DNA of 64,000 nucleotides. Origin: Isurus oxyrinchus. Lineage: Eukaryota. The first letter of the stretch is position 1, and each line of letters opens with the position of its first letter. This document shows positions 38,901 through 53,900 of the stretch, piece after piece. The stretch lies in contig JANJGN010000047.1 of the NCBI GenBank assembly GCA_026770705.1, forward strand, positions 4,402,001 to 4,466,000, given 5' to 3'. Under the pieces are notes generated by a model. That model was not told the DNA's origin. It did no database searches and worked only from the letters and a program-made list of their open reading frames with translations. The translations under genes and the position numbers were made by a program.

Positions 38901-41900
38901 CCTTGCGGTGGTGCCGTGGGTGTCAATGGAGATGAGCTATTCAAATGTCCATTGACTTCCGCGGGACAGGAATATGCCGGCAGTGCGAGAGTGGGCTGAC
39001 CGGAATATAATGAAACTATCAAGCTTTTTAACTCCTTCCCTCCAAAAATGAAGGCCGAGACACTGAGATCCGATGGCACATCTACCTAATGTGCACTTTC
39101 ATTTTCCAATGAATACCTGAGCTCTGAATTAATTCTCACAAAAATAATGCATTGCCCTTAACTATTATAACATTCATTTGCAAATTAAGTGCACATTTTG
39201 GGAATTTATTGCATTTACTGTTTATTCTGTCTCTCTAAGTACCCCCTCACAATTTTCCTGAGTTTAAACTGCGCTTTGAATTTGACTCCACAGACTAATT
39301 TTGAACTATTCCCTGTGGATAATCTGTTTCTGTAAACGGCAAACAATATTGTTCCTGGCATCAGTCCTGTTGGAACACAACGAACTACCTTTGTGCTGGT
39401 CTGAATATCTAACATCCATCCTTAATTACTGATGGCTGTTTGCTATGCAGTTTGGGATTAATTCTGCTAGCTTTCCGCCAGCTCCACATCGTCTCTCACA
39501 CGGAATTAGCTGTGTTTTTTTCTGCTGCACGATAGTACAGAAAATCTACTGTGAAATGTAAAGGAAACGATGTAACTATTTTTTTCAGAAAAAAAACAGA
39601 AGATGTTAAAACGACTGATTTGGGTAAGAGGTACCTGTGGACAGACAATGTTCACGTTTCACACTAGTAAGATTTTGGCACTACAACTGTGGAAGCGATA
39701 TTCAGAGACAACATTCGTTAATGGACAAACGATCCATGAACAACGTTGGTAACCATTATAGAAGGCTGCGATCTGATACTCTGTCATCCAAATATTTTAA
39801 TGCATCTGACAGTGTAATTGGTGTCCTGGATCCAATGACCCATAATTATTGAGGGTCATTTTTGTTTTAATCCATTCACCCCTATATTATGCGATGCAAT
39901 TCAGGCTACAGATGGAAGGTTACCGGACATTAATTGCCAAGGCCCGTGAAGACTATTCGGTTGCAATGAGTTTGCTTTCTCATGGCCTCTCACTGACCTC
40001 ATTACACTAGAAGTGAGGTCTGAGTGAGGAAGAGAGAGAATATTGTTGGAGTATCTCTGTCTCCCCGTTCAATTGCACATTGATTATGGCCTTAAGAGGC
40101 TCCCTTTGTATGTGATTGATTATATATATAAGTATGAAATGCTTCAGTGATCTATTAAATTCAAAGCTTCGGGAATCAAAAGGCGATGTACGGGAACATG
40201 AACCAATTGACATAAGCTGTCCTTTCAAGTTTGCACTTGGAAGACGGGAAACATTCTGGGGAGCCCGAAATGCACTCCTTAAATGATCAGCGTATTAAAA
40301 CTAAGGCTTGGTTCACAAAACTGTACATGGTTATCCGGTGATTGTTTCGTTTGGATTCAGCTGTCAGTACTTTAAAAATGCTAAAATAACACGAGCCTGT
40401 TTTTTGCCCCTTGTATGTGACCGTTACATTTTACTGACATATTCAAAATGGCACTTAACATTGCTTTGTGCTTCCAGTGTTCGGAATGTTTCACTGGGAA
40501 AGTATTGTGGGATCAATCATTTTATGTTTGAGGTTATTTGGTGTCTGTGTTCGTCAATATGCTCCATCGACGAAAGAACAAACGCCAGCAGATCAAATGG
40601 TAGATTCGAGGACAAGTCAGGGTTCCTGGATTTATCTGAGTAATTTTCTGGCCGGTCACAGGATATGTCTAGTTGCAGTCGCCCGGTTCCAGGGAAGAGT
40701 TACTCCCTGAAAGTGTTATGAAGAGAAAGCTGCTGTGACTTCCATATAAGTAGATGTTGTGAACAATGGGTGTTATAATTTCAAGTGGGGGGATTGAAAA
40801 ATGAGGGGCCAGAGGTAGTAAAAGTAGATGAATTGGGACTTTGAGAATAAATATGTATTTAAAACTATTAAATTCACCTCGATAGAAAATACGGAATGTA
40901 AGAGAAAGGGAGTTTTTCTGTTGATCAGATGTTTTCCTGCAATGATGGCTGGGTTGGCGGGGGTTGGCGGGGGTTGGGGGGGTTGTCTGTGGGTGGGGGG
41001 AATGTTGCCTGGATGCAACTTGATGTAGTTTCTATTTGGGCATTAGTGCCAATGAAATACCAGCTGTGAAAAGTCGAATTCTTGGTGATCTTCATCAATG
41101 AGATCTATCGACCGAACATCGAAGGTGTGCACGTGTGTTGGGGTGAAGGATGGTATGGTTGCATTTCAGTCTATGGATTCCGGGCGGGAACCAGTATAAA
41201 AATAATATGTAATGAAGAAATTTCGCTGCAGGTAGTGCAGAGATTGTTTGACATCAAAGAGCACTTCTCTCTCAATAGATGTTTTGCCAAGTTCTCTCTG
41301 CAGATATAGTGCATGCTTGTAACACTGTACTGAGGTAGCAGTAAATCTAAGTGTGTTAAAGGATGCATGTGGCCTCTTTACAAGCAATAACTTCTGGAGG
41401 ATTGTGGGGTTTAGCTTAATCGCTATTGTGCCGGGATGAAACCCTTATCAGAAGTCATCATCACAGGTTTTGCTTAAACAGATATGCACAAAATTGAAAA
41501 TGATTGGGACAATCATGAATTGTTGTTACTCAGATCACAGGATTCCCAGACTCGTATCCATGGATTCCAACTGCTCGGGCAGACTGGAAATACAGTTCGG
41601 TACAACCTGGGGAACAGTGTGTGATCTTCACTGGGATTGGAATGACGCCAGTGTGGTCTGTCATCAGCTTCAGTGTGGAGTCCCCGTGTCTGTGGAAAAA
41701 GGGGCTTATTTTGGAAAGGGCACTGGAATTCTACGGAGCGATAAATTTGATTGTAAAGGCAATGAGACAAGCCTGACAGACTGCCCTATCTCTCCAGTAA
41801 ATCAAAACGAGTGCACCCACATGAACGATGTCGGTGTGAGCTGTTCCGGTGAGTAGAAGGATTCCGAAACACATAAAGGTTTTCTGGTGAACTTTTCAGA

Positions 41901-44900
41901 AACGGAGAATACGCCATTGCTGTTTCCTTGTATTATGATCATTCCCAAGCACTTCCTTATAGTTCACTGTCGCTTTTTATGATTCTGGAATAACGCAATT
42001 ATGTTTAAGTCAGTAACTTCTGCGTAATCTGAAAATAATGCATTATTATTGCGAAATTAATGCTTGCACCATACATAGGTTTTTCATTCACATTTGCCAG
42101 AACACCCATTATCGATTGAACTCTCAAGTCGTTTTCTGTCTGCCAAACATGAAATGACTTCATTAATTATAAAAGTAGGCGAATCAATATTTAACTGTGG
42201 TTTCATTATTTTAGAGAGGCGTTTCAATGAATTGACCGAAATAAAGTAAATAATTAGGAGAAAATTTCCTTTCTTGTTTCTTGCTCAAAATAGTGGGATT
42301 ATCTCCGTAGCAGCATTGCAACTGTATGTGCTATGTGCCTACGTCAACAGTCCAAGAGAATGAATTCCAATCGCTTCCACAGGGGAATGTAGAAAATAGG
42401 AATAAATGCAGGCCATCTCAAATATATTCCTGTCCCGGCAATAACAACTTCATCCCTTGAGTGACCTTGTTCTGGATTACTGGACCCGTGACTCTTTGCC
42501 AAATCTTTGAAATCCATTTAAGATTTTGAACATCGTTTAATCAGCCCTAATCCTTCCAGAGTAAATAGCTTCAAGACATTTTTGTTCGATTCGGAATCAC
42601 AATACAATGTTTAAGTAAATTAAGCATCCTTCTATATATACGTTGCATCCCCTCCAAGACGAATAGTTTCTTCTGGAGTGCCCTGTCCAAATCTGACAGC
42701 TGTTATACAGGTTGGTTCTGGCCAATACTGGGTATGACTGAAACGTCACGTCCTCTCTTTGGTATTTCAAAGCTGTTGAGACAAAGTCCAAAATTCCATT
42801 AGCTTTTTCCTGGATGAACTCTCTACTTTGAGCAAACAGACGCGTTCGTTTAAGGGCTTATCGCAGTCTGGTGAGTTTCAAACAGTAAGATGTGTAAACA
42901 GTGCAGTACAACACGAATTTATAAATTTTCATCTCTTCATTTTTCTTTGTTTCGCCATGTCTATATTCATATGTTCATTTACAAAATATTTTCGTCCTTA
43001 TTTTTATTAAAAACAGGGAAGCATGGACCCCGATTGGTTGGTGGTGAGAACAGGTGCTCCGGCCGGGTGGAAGTGCTGCACGGAGAGCAGTGGGGGACCC
43101 TGTGTGATATTCACTTTGGTTTAGAAGACGCCAGTGTGGTGTGTGAGCACCTTCAGTGCGGGGCTGTAAAGGAAATCCCGAGGGTTTCTCCCTTTGGGCA
43201 GGGAGCAGGCCGTGTGTGGAAGGAAAATTACAGGTGCCACGGGAATGAATCGCGAGTGACAGAGTGTCGGGTTACATCCGGGGAAAATTTTAACTGCTCA
43301 CATGGAAATGACGCCAGTGTCATCTGTTCAGGTGAGACCTCTCAGTCAATGTAATCATGGATTAAAATAATCTCCCTGCAACACTGAAAGGGGCCTTTCA
43401 GCATGTTCTGTCCATGGAGGCTCTCTGCGAAAGTATCTCACCCACTCACACAACCCTGCAATTTACAATAACTGTGCATTGTTTTTCACTCATTTATCTA
43501 ACCATATATATTTTAAAATCTGCGATTCATATTCATCCACCACATCTTCAGGCAGTGCATTTCAGATCCTCGCCGCCACATTCTTAGACGATGCTTTTCA
43601 TATCTTCAAGCACCATATTCTCCAACAATGAATTGCAGATCCTCATCACCATCATTTTCAGAGAGTGCATTTCATATCCTCATCCTTCGCTTTCTCAGGC
43701 AGTGCATTGCAGACCCTCATCATCCATATTCTCCAACAGTACAATGCAGATCATCAAATACCACAATCTTAGACAGTGGATTGTAGATCGTCATCCAGCA
43801 CATTCTCAGACAATGCATTCCAGATCCTCGTCACTCACATTTTCAGAAAATGCAGTGAAGATCCACATACGCCACATTTCCAGACAATGCATTGCAGGTC
43901 GACATCCACCACAATCTCAGACAGCATATTTCAGATCTTTATCCACCAACTTGTCGGAAGGTGCATTCCATGTCCTCATTCACCAAATTATCTGAAAGAG
44001 CATTGCAGATCGTCATCCAGCACATTCTCATACATGTGCATTCCAGACCCTCATCACCCACATTCTCAGACAGTGCATTGCAAATCTTTATTCCCCCACA
44101 TTCTCAGGCAGTGGATTGCAGATCCAAATCCACCACATTCTCAAGCAGTGCATTGCAGATCCACATCCCCCACAATCTCAGACCGTGTGTTTCAGATCCT
44201 CCCCCCCCCCCCCCACGATCTCAGAATGTGCATGTCAGATAGCTTGAAGCAGATCCTCACCTACCCCCATTCTCAGCCAGTGCATTGTAGACAGTCATCC
44301 ATCACATTCTCAGACAGTGTATTGCGGATTGCCATCCAGCATATTCTGGTACATTGCATCCCAGGTCCTCATCACCCACATTCTCTGTCAATGCATTACA
44401 GATCCTCATCCATCACAATCTAAGACATTGCATTGCAGATCTTAAGCTAGCATTTTCTCAGACAGTGCTTTGCATTTCATCATTCACTACAATTTCAGTC
44501 AGTGCATTGCATATCCTCGTCCACCACATTCTCAGGCAGTGCATTGCAGAACGTAATTAATCGCAACATGCAAAACTAGCATCCTTATGTCACCATTTCC
44601 AATTTGTCCATCACCATGAATCTGTACTGATCATTCTTGATCCTTCCGCCAATGGCAACAATTTTTCTGTGCCGTAATGTCCAGAACCCGAAGGTTGTTT
44701 TAGCATTCCCTCTCCAAGTAGAATATTCGTAGCTCACTCAAACAATGTAGAAAAAATACGTTTGTCATCACCGGAATGATCTTATGAAGCATTCCTGCAT
44801 CATTTCTAATGCCTTCATACCCTCCCTAACGTTTGTAGCCCAGAAATGGAAGCATTATTCCAGATGAGGCCGAAATGAATCATAACATCTTCCATTCAGT

Positions 44901-47900
44901 GTACTCTGTGCCTTAGTTATACACCAAAGAACTCCAAACTTTAGCAGCCTTTTCGCAACCTGCACTGTCAAGTACAATGTTTCTTACAAATGCACCCGAG
45001 GATCGTCAGCTTCTGAAACTCAGTCAGAAATGATCCAGTTCTTTATTGTTCCTTCTCCTAGTCCTTCGTTTGGCAGCCTTACCTCTCTTAAAAACACTCA
45101 CTTCTAAAGCACAAGGCCTGTTTCAAGAATGACTCAAGTTATTTGCCAGAGCAGTCAAGTCTGTGAATGAAGTGCAGTGCTGTGGGAATGCTGTTCTCTA
45201 TAATTTTGCTTGTTCCTGGTAAGAGGTTTAATCGATGCTATATCTGCATCAGTGGAGGTTAATAAAAATATTTACCATGAGTCTACTTTGAGGGAAACTA
45301 GGGAGTCTATCCAAAGTTATCCCTTGATCAACATCAGACAATGTAGCTCATCTGGTCATTATCACACGATTTTTGTGCCATTTTACTGCGCCCATTATGG
45401 CTGCGGCGTTCCTTAAATTGCAACAGTGCTGACATTACACAATGCAAATAAATGACTGTAACTTGCGTTGAGGGATCCGGTAGTTTTGAAAAAAATACTT
45501 ATCTACTTTAAATACGTATTTTTTTTACTTCCAACAAAAATGGGCCAACCAATGCTTCCCTCAACCGAATTTCGTCTATAACTTTCCGGCCCGTTCTAAC
45601 AGCTTGTCGGTGTCTGATTTAATTTTAATCTTTCAACATTTTACAACACTTAAAACAATTCTGTATACTTTGAAGAAAAAAAATGAAATTGTTCCCCTTA
45701 CAACCAAGTCTCGGTAGATATCATGTATTAACGGAAAATCAGGGTTTCTAGCCAGGTGGAATGTCCTGTTCCTCTGGTCTGGAAAAGAAGAAACGTTGAA
45801 CACGACGTCCTGTTCCCTTTCAAAGAGCAATTCCATCTCCAGTCAGTCATTTTTCCTTTTATTCCACAGGCGCCAAACATTTCTGCCAAGCAGCTATCGT
45901 GACCCTTTGCCAAAGGTCATTTCAAAGTCCATCAAAGCCACATCCACTCCATTAGCCTCATTAACAGTCTCACTAACCTCATTAAATTACTCTAGCAAGT
46001 CCGTGCAATGCGATTGTCTCTTACCAAATCCGCCCTAGATTGTTAATGAAACTACATTTTTCAACTGGCTCTAACTTCTGCCCCAATGTATATTTTCCAA
46101 GGAAACAAAGCTTTCCCAAAGCCAATATTAAACTTACTGGTCCGAATTTACTGCATTTATCCTAACACCATTTCTTGAACAAGGGTGTAATATTTGGAAA
46201 CTTCATTTATCGGCATTGAAGAAGGATGGGAACATTATGACCATTATCTGGCGATTTCGGCTCTGACATTGGTCATGCTCCCCGAATACACGTCATCCAA
46301 TCCATGTGTCCCGTCTAATTCAACATCAGTTGCCCAAGCCAATTCGTCCTCTTTATAAATATCTAAACACTCCATTTTATTTCATCTGCCTATTCTTTGT
46401 CCAGCATTGAGGAGCATTTTCTTCCTTGGCTAAAAAACATACTCAAAATGCTGACTCAGCAGCTGAGCCATAACATCAGCCTTTATATGCCGATTTCCTT
46501 CCTGGTGTCGGTTTTGTGCCTATATAAGACTGTAAGATCCCGTTTTATGTTAGTGGGAGTCTCTTATATGGTCTGGATATTGTACATTCATCTTGGATCT
46601 CTCTTGCATTATCCAAATTCAATATCCTATCCATATATATTTATTTCTGCTTCACCTTAATCCCCATCTATTTAATCACCCAGGGAGCCTTTGAGCTTTT
46701 GCATAGTCCTGCACTTGTCTAAGCCAATTTTCCATTATTGCTCCTCAGTCATTTTCAGAGCCTGCACGTCACGAACATCATTTATTGCAATGTACGTTCA
46801 CACACCTGAAAAGTAAATATAATTGAGGCCATTATACAACCTCGGTTGTGCTTATCATGAATAACACCACATTATTTCCTCCGTTATTGCAATCTTTCTT
46901 TTCTACTTTTCTGTGCAGTTTGGTTTTTCTCTCTAACCATATCTGCCCGTTCCCAAATCCCTGACAAATTCATTCTGTACTTTCCAATCAATAAACCAGA
47001 CGGACATTGCCCCCGGAGTTTTTTCATGTGAAACACATGAAAACATCCATTGGTCCTTTCTTCACAGAACTGAGTCTATGAGTCCATGAGAACAGGTCAC
47101 AAAGTCACATGAGCTTCATTAGGACTCTCGTGCACCGTTTATCTTGCGACATGTTCATCAGTTCTATCGCTCGTACGTTGTGCTGGGATATTTCAATATT
47201 ATCAGGATATTACTCCGTTGATGGCAATTTACTAGATTGTTTGCAACATCCTTAAAAATCATCTGCAGGACTACACCCTTCTTCCTACCTCTGAAATTGT
47301 TCCACTAACGGAGCATGAATGCTGACTGCTCACCCTCCCGCATCAGCGTGCTCAGCAGGGTCCCACTGATCTGCCTCACCTTGGCACTAGGGTCAGAACA
47401 TTTACGTGAATAATCATTGCCCCGGTTATATTGAGTCAAATGTGCATGATTTGTTTGAATGTTACCCCTTGCTCTCATCTTGTAGATGAAAGTTGGTCAC
47501 TGAGATTGACGAATGGGGGAAGCCGCTGTGATGGTCGGGTGGAAATTTACCACAACGGTCACTGGGGCAGAGTACAGGACAGCCTCTGGGACCTCAATGA
47601 TGCTACCGTGGTCTGCAAGCAACTAGGACGTGGTGTTGCACTTGCCGCTTATACCTCTGCAATGTATGGAGAGAGTGAAGGGCCTGTGTGGGTGAATGAT
47701 GTCCAGTGTGGAGGAAACGAACTGCATCTCCGCAACTGCAGCTTATTTGCAATGAATTCGTCTCTCAATGAAAGTGTCGGCGTCGGGGTTCTGTGTTCAG
47801 GTGAATAAATAGTTCAATTTTACCGGAACATAAATAGAAATATCTAATAAGGAGGGAGGTGTGAATATACGTCACTTGTTCCTCGAGTTCTTTTAACCTA

Positions 47901-50900
47901 ACTGCTTAGCATTGGAGGGCTAACGTGGGGAGAGTGGGCACGCACAGAACTGATCAACAAGCAGGACATGCATTTTTGCTGCACATTTATTAACGACGGA
48001 ATTCAGAATTTTCTCTCAAACAGGAAATTCTGACAGCACTTCTGTTAGTGCGGGGCGGGGGGAGTCGTGAGGGGCGGGGCGGTGTGGTGTTGGGAGGGGC
48101 CTTACAGCTTGGTGCGAAATTGTGTGTTAATTTAACAACGTTTTCATAGAATTGCCGTTCATATACTCGTCAGAGCGACAGGCCGCTCATGGGATTTCTG
48201 CATTATTCAATGCATGAAAAAACGATGCACTTACAGGTCTTTCAGCAGCAGAAGGCTGAGCTTCTATGAAATGTCATTCTTAAAAGTCACTTGGTTTCTT
48301 TTTTCCACTGAAGCTGCCAGATCCCCTGAGGAATTGCAGCATTTTTTTTCAATATAATCAAAATAAAAAAGCGAGATAATCAGAAATCGACTGAAATAAG
48401 TTTTCGAGATATGTGCAGGGGAGAGAAAAAGCTGTGTACAATTGATGTTCATAAGTAGTTTAGGTGGAACGATGAATACAAAAAAGTTCAGTTGAGGTTG
48501 AAACAGGGCACACAGCACTGAGCACACAATACGTGAACTGCAAGCCAAAATATCGATGGAATCAGGTGTAGGAATATTTGAAATCTTTGTGCACTCCACA
48601 TTATAAATTTCAAGTAGTTAGAGATACATGGTCTCAACTATAGAAACAGTTACCTGTCATAGTCAATTGATTTGTTTTATTACTTTTGCTGGATAATATC
48701 CAATAGTTTCAATTTGTGTTATGATATAAATGCGTAATCGAATCCTCTTAATAAAGATTGTCTTCTTTGGATCAGAACACAAACAGTTAAGGCTGTCAGA
48801 CGGTGGAAGCCCATGTGCAGGCCGAGTGGAGATTTACTATAACGGGACCTGGGGCTCAGTTTGTGATGATTCCTGGGATCTGACAGACGCTGACATCGTT
48901 TGCAAACAGCTGCATTGCGGAAAGGCTTTGGACGTGACACTTCCTGCCTCTTGCGGAGCAGGCTCAGGTCCAATTTGGTTGGAAGGCTTGGAGTGTTCAG
49001 GGGAGGAATCGTATCTCTGGCAATGTCCCTCTGAATATTGGGGTGCCCACGACTGTTCTCATAAAGAAGATGTGAAGATCATGTGCTCAGGTAAGGGTGA
49101 CGTAAATGCACTTATTTCCTTTATACGAGAAGATTCAGACAGATAGAATTTTACTGAATGGCCCAGAAACTGTACATCAACTGGTCATTCTGCTCAATGC
49201 GTCTGACTGCTGCTTATTCTGCTCATAATCTTACATCATTTCATGTGGTCTGAGCTGTATTGCACTCTGTATTTTCCCCTCGTGCCTTTATCAAACGTCA
49301 CATTCAAGGCATCACCACAATTCGCCCCCACTAAATGTACATGTTCCATGTTCCACATTCTCCTTCTATCAGGGTAATAGAAAGCGAAACAGAAAATCTC
49401 CTAAATCCCAATTTGTTTGGCTCTTGTGTTTCTTTGTCCGAAAAAATCACGACTTTATTCTAATCAGCATTGAAATAATTTCAGCATTGACAAGCCTATC
49501 CTGCTGTCTCCGACCGTCTTCCTGCAGTTAATGGAACCTGTCTTGGTATTAACTGCAAACCGTAGTGCATTTTGAACATTTACTTCAATTCCAAATACCA
49601 AATGTAATATGTTAATCTGAAACAGATGTGAGCCCCAGCAATAATCCATGTGTACAGCACGCCCCAACTTCTGCTATTATATATGAAATCCTGCGTTGTC
49701 GCTTGTTGGCTCTTCTTTTAATACTGTGCCGGCAATTTCATTTCCCTGTTCTCAGCCTTAATGCAGCTGTTTGAAAACTTTTTGAAAGTTATTGTTTTCA
49801 AAATCCATGTGGATTACATGGACATTATTATCTCCACATAATCTTTCTGAAACTTCCTCAAGTAATTCAATGAATTGGAAGATCTATAGTTCGCTCTTTT
49901 GAAATCTGTGTTGATTATCATTGATTATATAATTGGATTGTACATGTATCACTGTTACATTTCTGGAATAATTATCTCTATTCAGTGAACACCTCTGGCA
50001 CAACTTGGGTGGAGGGGGCACTGTTGACATGATTCCATTTATCACTGGAAACATCTGGAGATTTCTTCTTTCTTTGATAGAACACAAAGAGCTGCAGCTG
50101 GTGAATGGAAAGCATCGCTGTGAGGGGCGGGCGGAAGTGTTCTACAATGGGATCTGGGGAACAGTGTGTTCGGAAGCACTGGATCCCCATGATGCTGAGG
50201 TGATCTGTAAACAGTTACAGTGTGGCCCCCTGGTTTCTATAGACTATACCACTCAGTCATTCGGAGAAGGATCCGGACCTATTTGGCTCGATGAAATAGA
50301 ATGTATTTCACACGAGTCGACTATCTGGCAGTGTCAGACAGACCCGTGGGGACAACACAACTGTAATCACAAAGAAGATGCAGGCGTTTCATGTTCAGGT
50401 AACAAAACAAACCTTCCAATGTGCGACGGTTATTTCATTCATTGATCTCCTCAATAGGAAGAAAGATAACGAAGGGCCAGCCCAAAAGTGAAAAGGATTG
50501 TGGTCGAGAATCAGGTGATTGCTCCACTTTAATAGATCAATTATCTGAGTTGTCTACCTGTATTTTTGTGCAGAAATAATAGTGATTGATTATCTTTGAC
50601 AGATTCAGATGTAGGTTTGCGCCTGATTGGAGGTAACACCAACTGCTCCGGGCGAGTGGAGATAATGTGCAAAAACAACTGGAGCACAGTGTGTGATGAC
50701 TCTTGGGATATGGCCGATGCCAATGTTGTCTGCAGACAGCTGCATTGTGGCTCTGCTCTATTGGCCACAGCAGGGGCCACTTTTCGACAGGGTGAAGGTG
50801 ACATGTGGTTTGATGAGGTGAGGTGTACCGGAAGCGAATCCTTTCTCTCTGATTGTCCTTCCTTAACGTCTGCTCAACCTGACTGTGATCACAAGGAGGA

Positions 50901-53900
50901 CGCCAGTGTGATTTGTTCCGGTAAGGGTAGTGCAGAATGGTGCGGGTCGGGGCCGGGAGATTGGCAGTTGGTGATTGTTTGCTGAATACGTCTCATGAAT
51001 TCGTAAATGATGAAAAAGAGATGACTTTCTAAGTTAAAGTTCTATATTTTTTGTATAATAACCCATAGGTCCAGAGTTGTCATCGGCTGCTTTTCCATCC
51101 AAACCCGCAGGTTGGTCTTATGAATAATGAGTATTCCTGTCAAGGCTAATGTTCAGAATGATCTGATATAATTGGCTTTTGCTTGTTTTTATAAAGAAAT
51201 TCCGAGGTTAATCTTAGTGTTTCAGAATGTTGGACCGTTTAACAATACAAAGCATTTTGTGTCCTAGTTGAATCTTTCTTTAACATTTCATTAAGGACAT
51301 GAAGACAATATCACTTCCATCCCTCTTGTGATTGGTATAACAATCGGTATCCTGTTGATCTGTGAGTTCATCCTACTAATTGTGGTAATGCGGAGGCAAT
51401 CATCAAGGAAAGGTGAGGACAAACATTACCACTCACTTCACATTAAATCTCGGATATTTTTATTTTTTATTTCAATTCATGAATGATATTTGAGACTCTC
51501 TGGCAGTCCTGCATTCATTGGCCATCCAAAATTGCCCTTGAGAAAGAGGTGATGAGATGACTTCTTGAACCGTTGCAGTCCATGTTGCATAGGTACACCA
51601 CCGTACTTTTATGGAGGGAGTTTAAGGATTTGACCCAGCGACTGTGTCAGAACGGCGACAAATATCTAAATAAAAATAGCGACCGGCTTGGAGGGTGACT
51701 TCCAGTAAGTGGTTTTCCCATATCTCTGCTTCGCTTGTCATTCTCCTTGGTTGTTTATGTGGTTTTGGAATGTCCTACCTAAGCAGCCTTACTGGATTCT
51801 TCAAGTGCATCTTATAAACAGTACACACTGCTGCCACTGTAAGCGGATGATGAATGGAGTGATTGGTTGTGGATATGGTGCCAAAAAAGCAGAAAGCTTT
51901 ATTCTGGATGGCGGCAAACCTCTAGAATTTTGTTGTAGCTGCACTCAAACAGGCAAGTGGATAATCTTCAGGAACACTCTTGATTGTCCCTTGCAGACGA
52001 TGGAAAGGATTTGCCTAGTCTGGTGTTAAGTTCCTCAGAAGGGTTTCTTGTCTCTAACCTGCTTTTGTCACCACATCATTCTAATCACAAGCCCAGTTCA
52101 GTTTCTGGTCAATGGAAATGCCTGGGATGTTGTTAGTGGGGGAATCAGTGATGGCAATGCTACTGAATGTCAAAGGCTGCCAGTTGGATTGCACCGTGTT
52201 GTAGATCGTCATTTCCTGGCACTAGTGAGGCACGAATTTTACTCTCCACTATGAATGTCAGGCCTGGATATGGTCCATGTCTGACAGCATGTGGGCATGG
52301 CCTGCTGCAGTAGCTGAGGATTCGGGACTGGTAATAAACATTGTGCCATCATCAGTGGAAATCCTCACGCATGACCTTCAGATGATGACATGGTCATTGA
52401 TGAAACAGGTGAAGATCGTTGGTCCTAGCACGCTATGCTGAGGAGCTCCTGCATTAATGTCCAACTACTGAAAGATGATTGACCTCCAACAACCACAATT
52501 CCCTTGTTCTATGCTCACTCTGACTTCAAGCAGTGAAGAATTTCCCCCTGAATCCTATTGGCTCCAGTGTTTTTTTTTCAGGTGCCTTCATGCCTCGTAC
52601 ACTGGCGAGAATTCACTTCATTGTCCTTTTCCATTGAATCTCACTTGTAATGTTGGAAACTTATGTTAAGCAATTTAACGAGAATTTTCGTTCAAAGTAC
52701 TTGGTCAAACAGTGAAATGTGTCATTTAAATTGAAGAATCACTTGACTGTCCACATTCGCATTCCTAATGATTCCACCGCTACTGCGTCTGAAGGTCAAT
52801 CAATTGTTGCAGCCATAGATCTGAAGGTTATTTGAAGCATTTTAGACTTAGTGCCCAGTCATGATGTTTCCGTCATTCGAAGTCAATCCAATCAGTGTCC
52901 GTCCACTCCTTGAGTTTCCGTGCCCTGATGCCCATTCTCATTCTCCATAGCCAGAATCGATCCACAATTTTGAGATGTGAGACTTCGATGGGATTTTCAG
53001 CACCAATTTTTGAATATTGTGTACAATGACATAAGTAACTACTCTGATCTGAACAACCATCACACTCCTGTTCGATGCGCAAAGCAAATTAATTTTAATG
53101 TTGATGCGATACATAAAAGAAAGGTCATCTCCTCACTCGTCTTTCCAACCTGATGCTCTCAGCAGAATCAATCATTTTTCCCCTGCTTCTCTTCAGCTAA
53201 AATCCCCTTGGGTCTCACGACAGAGTTTTCAGCTGAAATTGATTCCTCCCGGAAACGCCTTGTTTCGTCTTTTCCGACCTTAATTAAATTTCCCCTAGTC
53301 TGATGGAGTTGAACATGCTTCCATGCGGTTACCCACACATGCACACGCCCACACAGACACAGTCCCATGTACATAACGTCTCTCTCTCTGTCTCTCATTT
53401 TATCTCTCTCACACACACATTTGGATACGCACTCTCTTGTAAAATAAAACGTACTTAACAAAAGATCATTCAAAGCCAGCTCACTGACTTTTTGCATTCA
53501 CATTCACCATCTGTTTTGTGATATTATTTGAAAACATTTTAATATTCAGCAAAGTAAAATGCAACAAAATGTTAATCCCTCCACATTGTCTCCATCAGGT
53601 TTTGCCACTGGCAGTTGGGCTTCACCAATTGATTTGTACCAAGCAATTTATGAAGAAATTGAAAATATACCACCTGTCAAAGATCCAGCTCTGACCCGTG
53701 GCTCAGGTTTGTAACTTCCATTGCAAATCCAATACGCACTGGGGAACTCCCTTTCCGTTCACCCCCGTTAAAAGTCCGGGCAATGCATGGGCCCAACAGG
53801 CATTCCACTCACTTTCCTCATGTGAAAGTTTCCTATCTCCGCTTACTTTTGTTACGTGAGAAGAGTAATGAGCTTCTCAAATTTCCCAAAATTCTGTTTT

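Noticed and set aside
43525-44552. 37-bp periodic array resembling a CRISPR array, with long His/Cys/Ser ORFs (e.g. 43776-44423)
   Set aside because: Units are contiguous with no unique spacers, there are no cas genes, and the context is a eukaryotic intron. The period is not a multiple of 3, so the ORFs are repeat artefacts.
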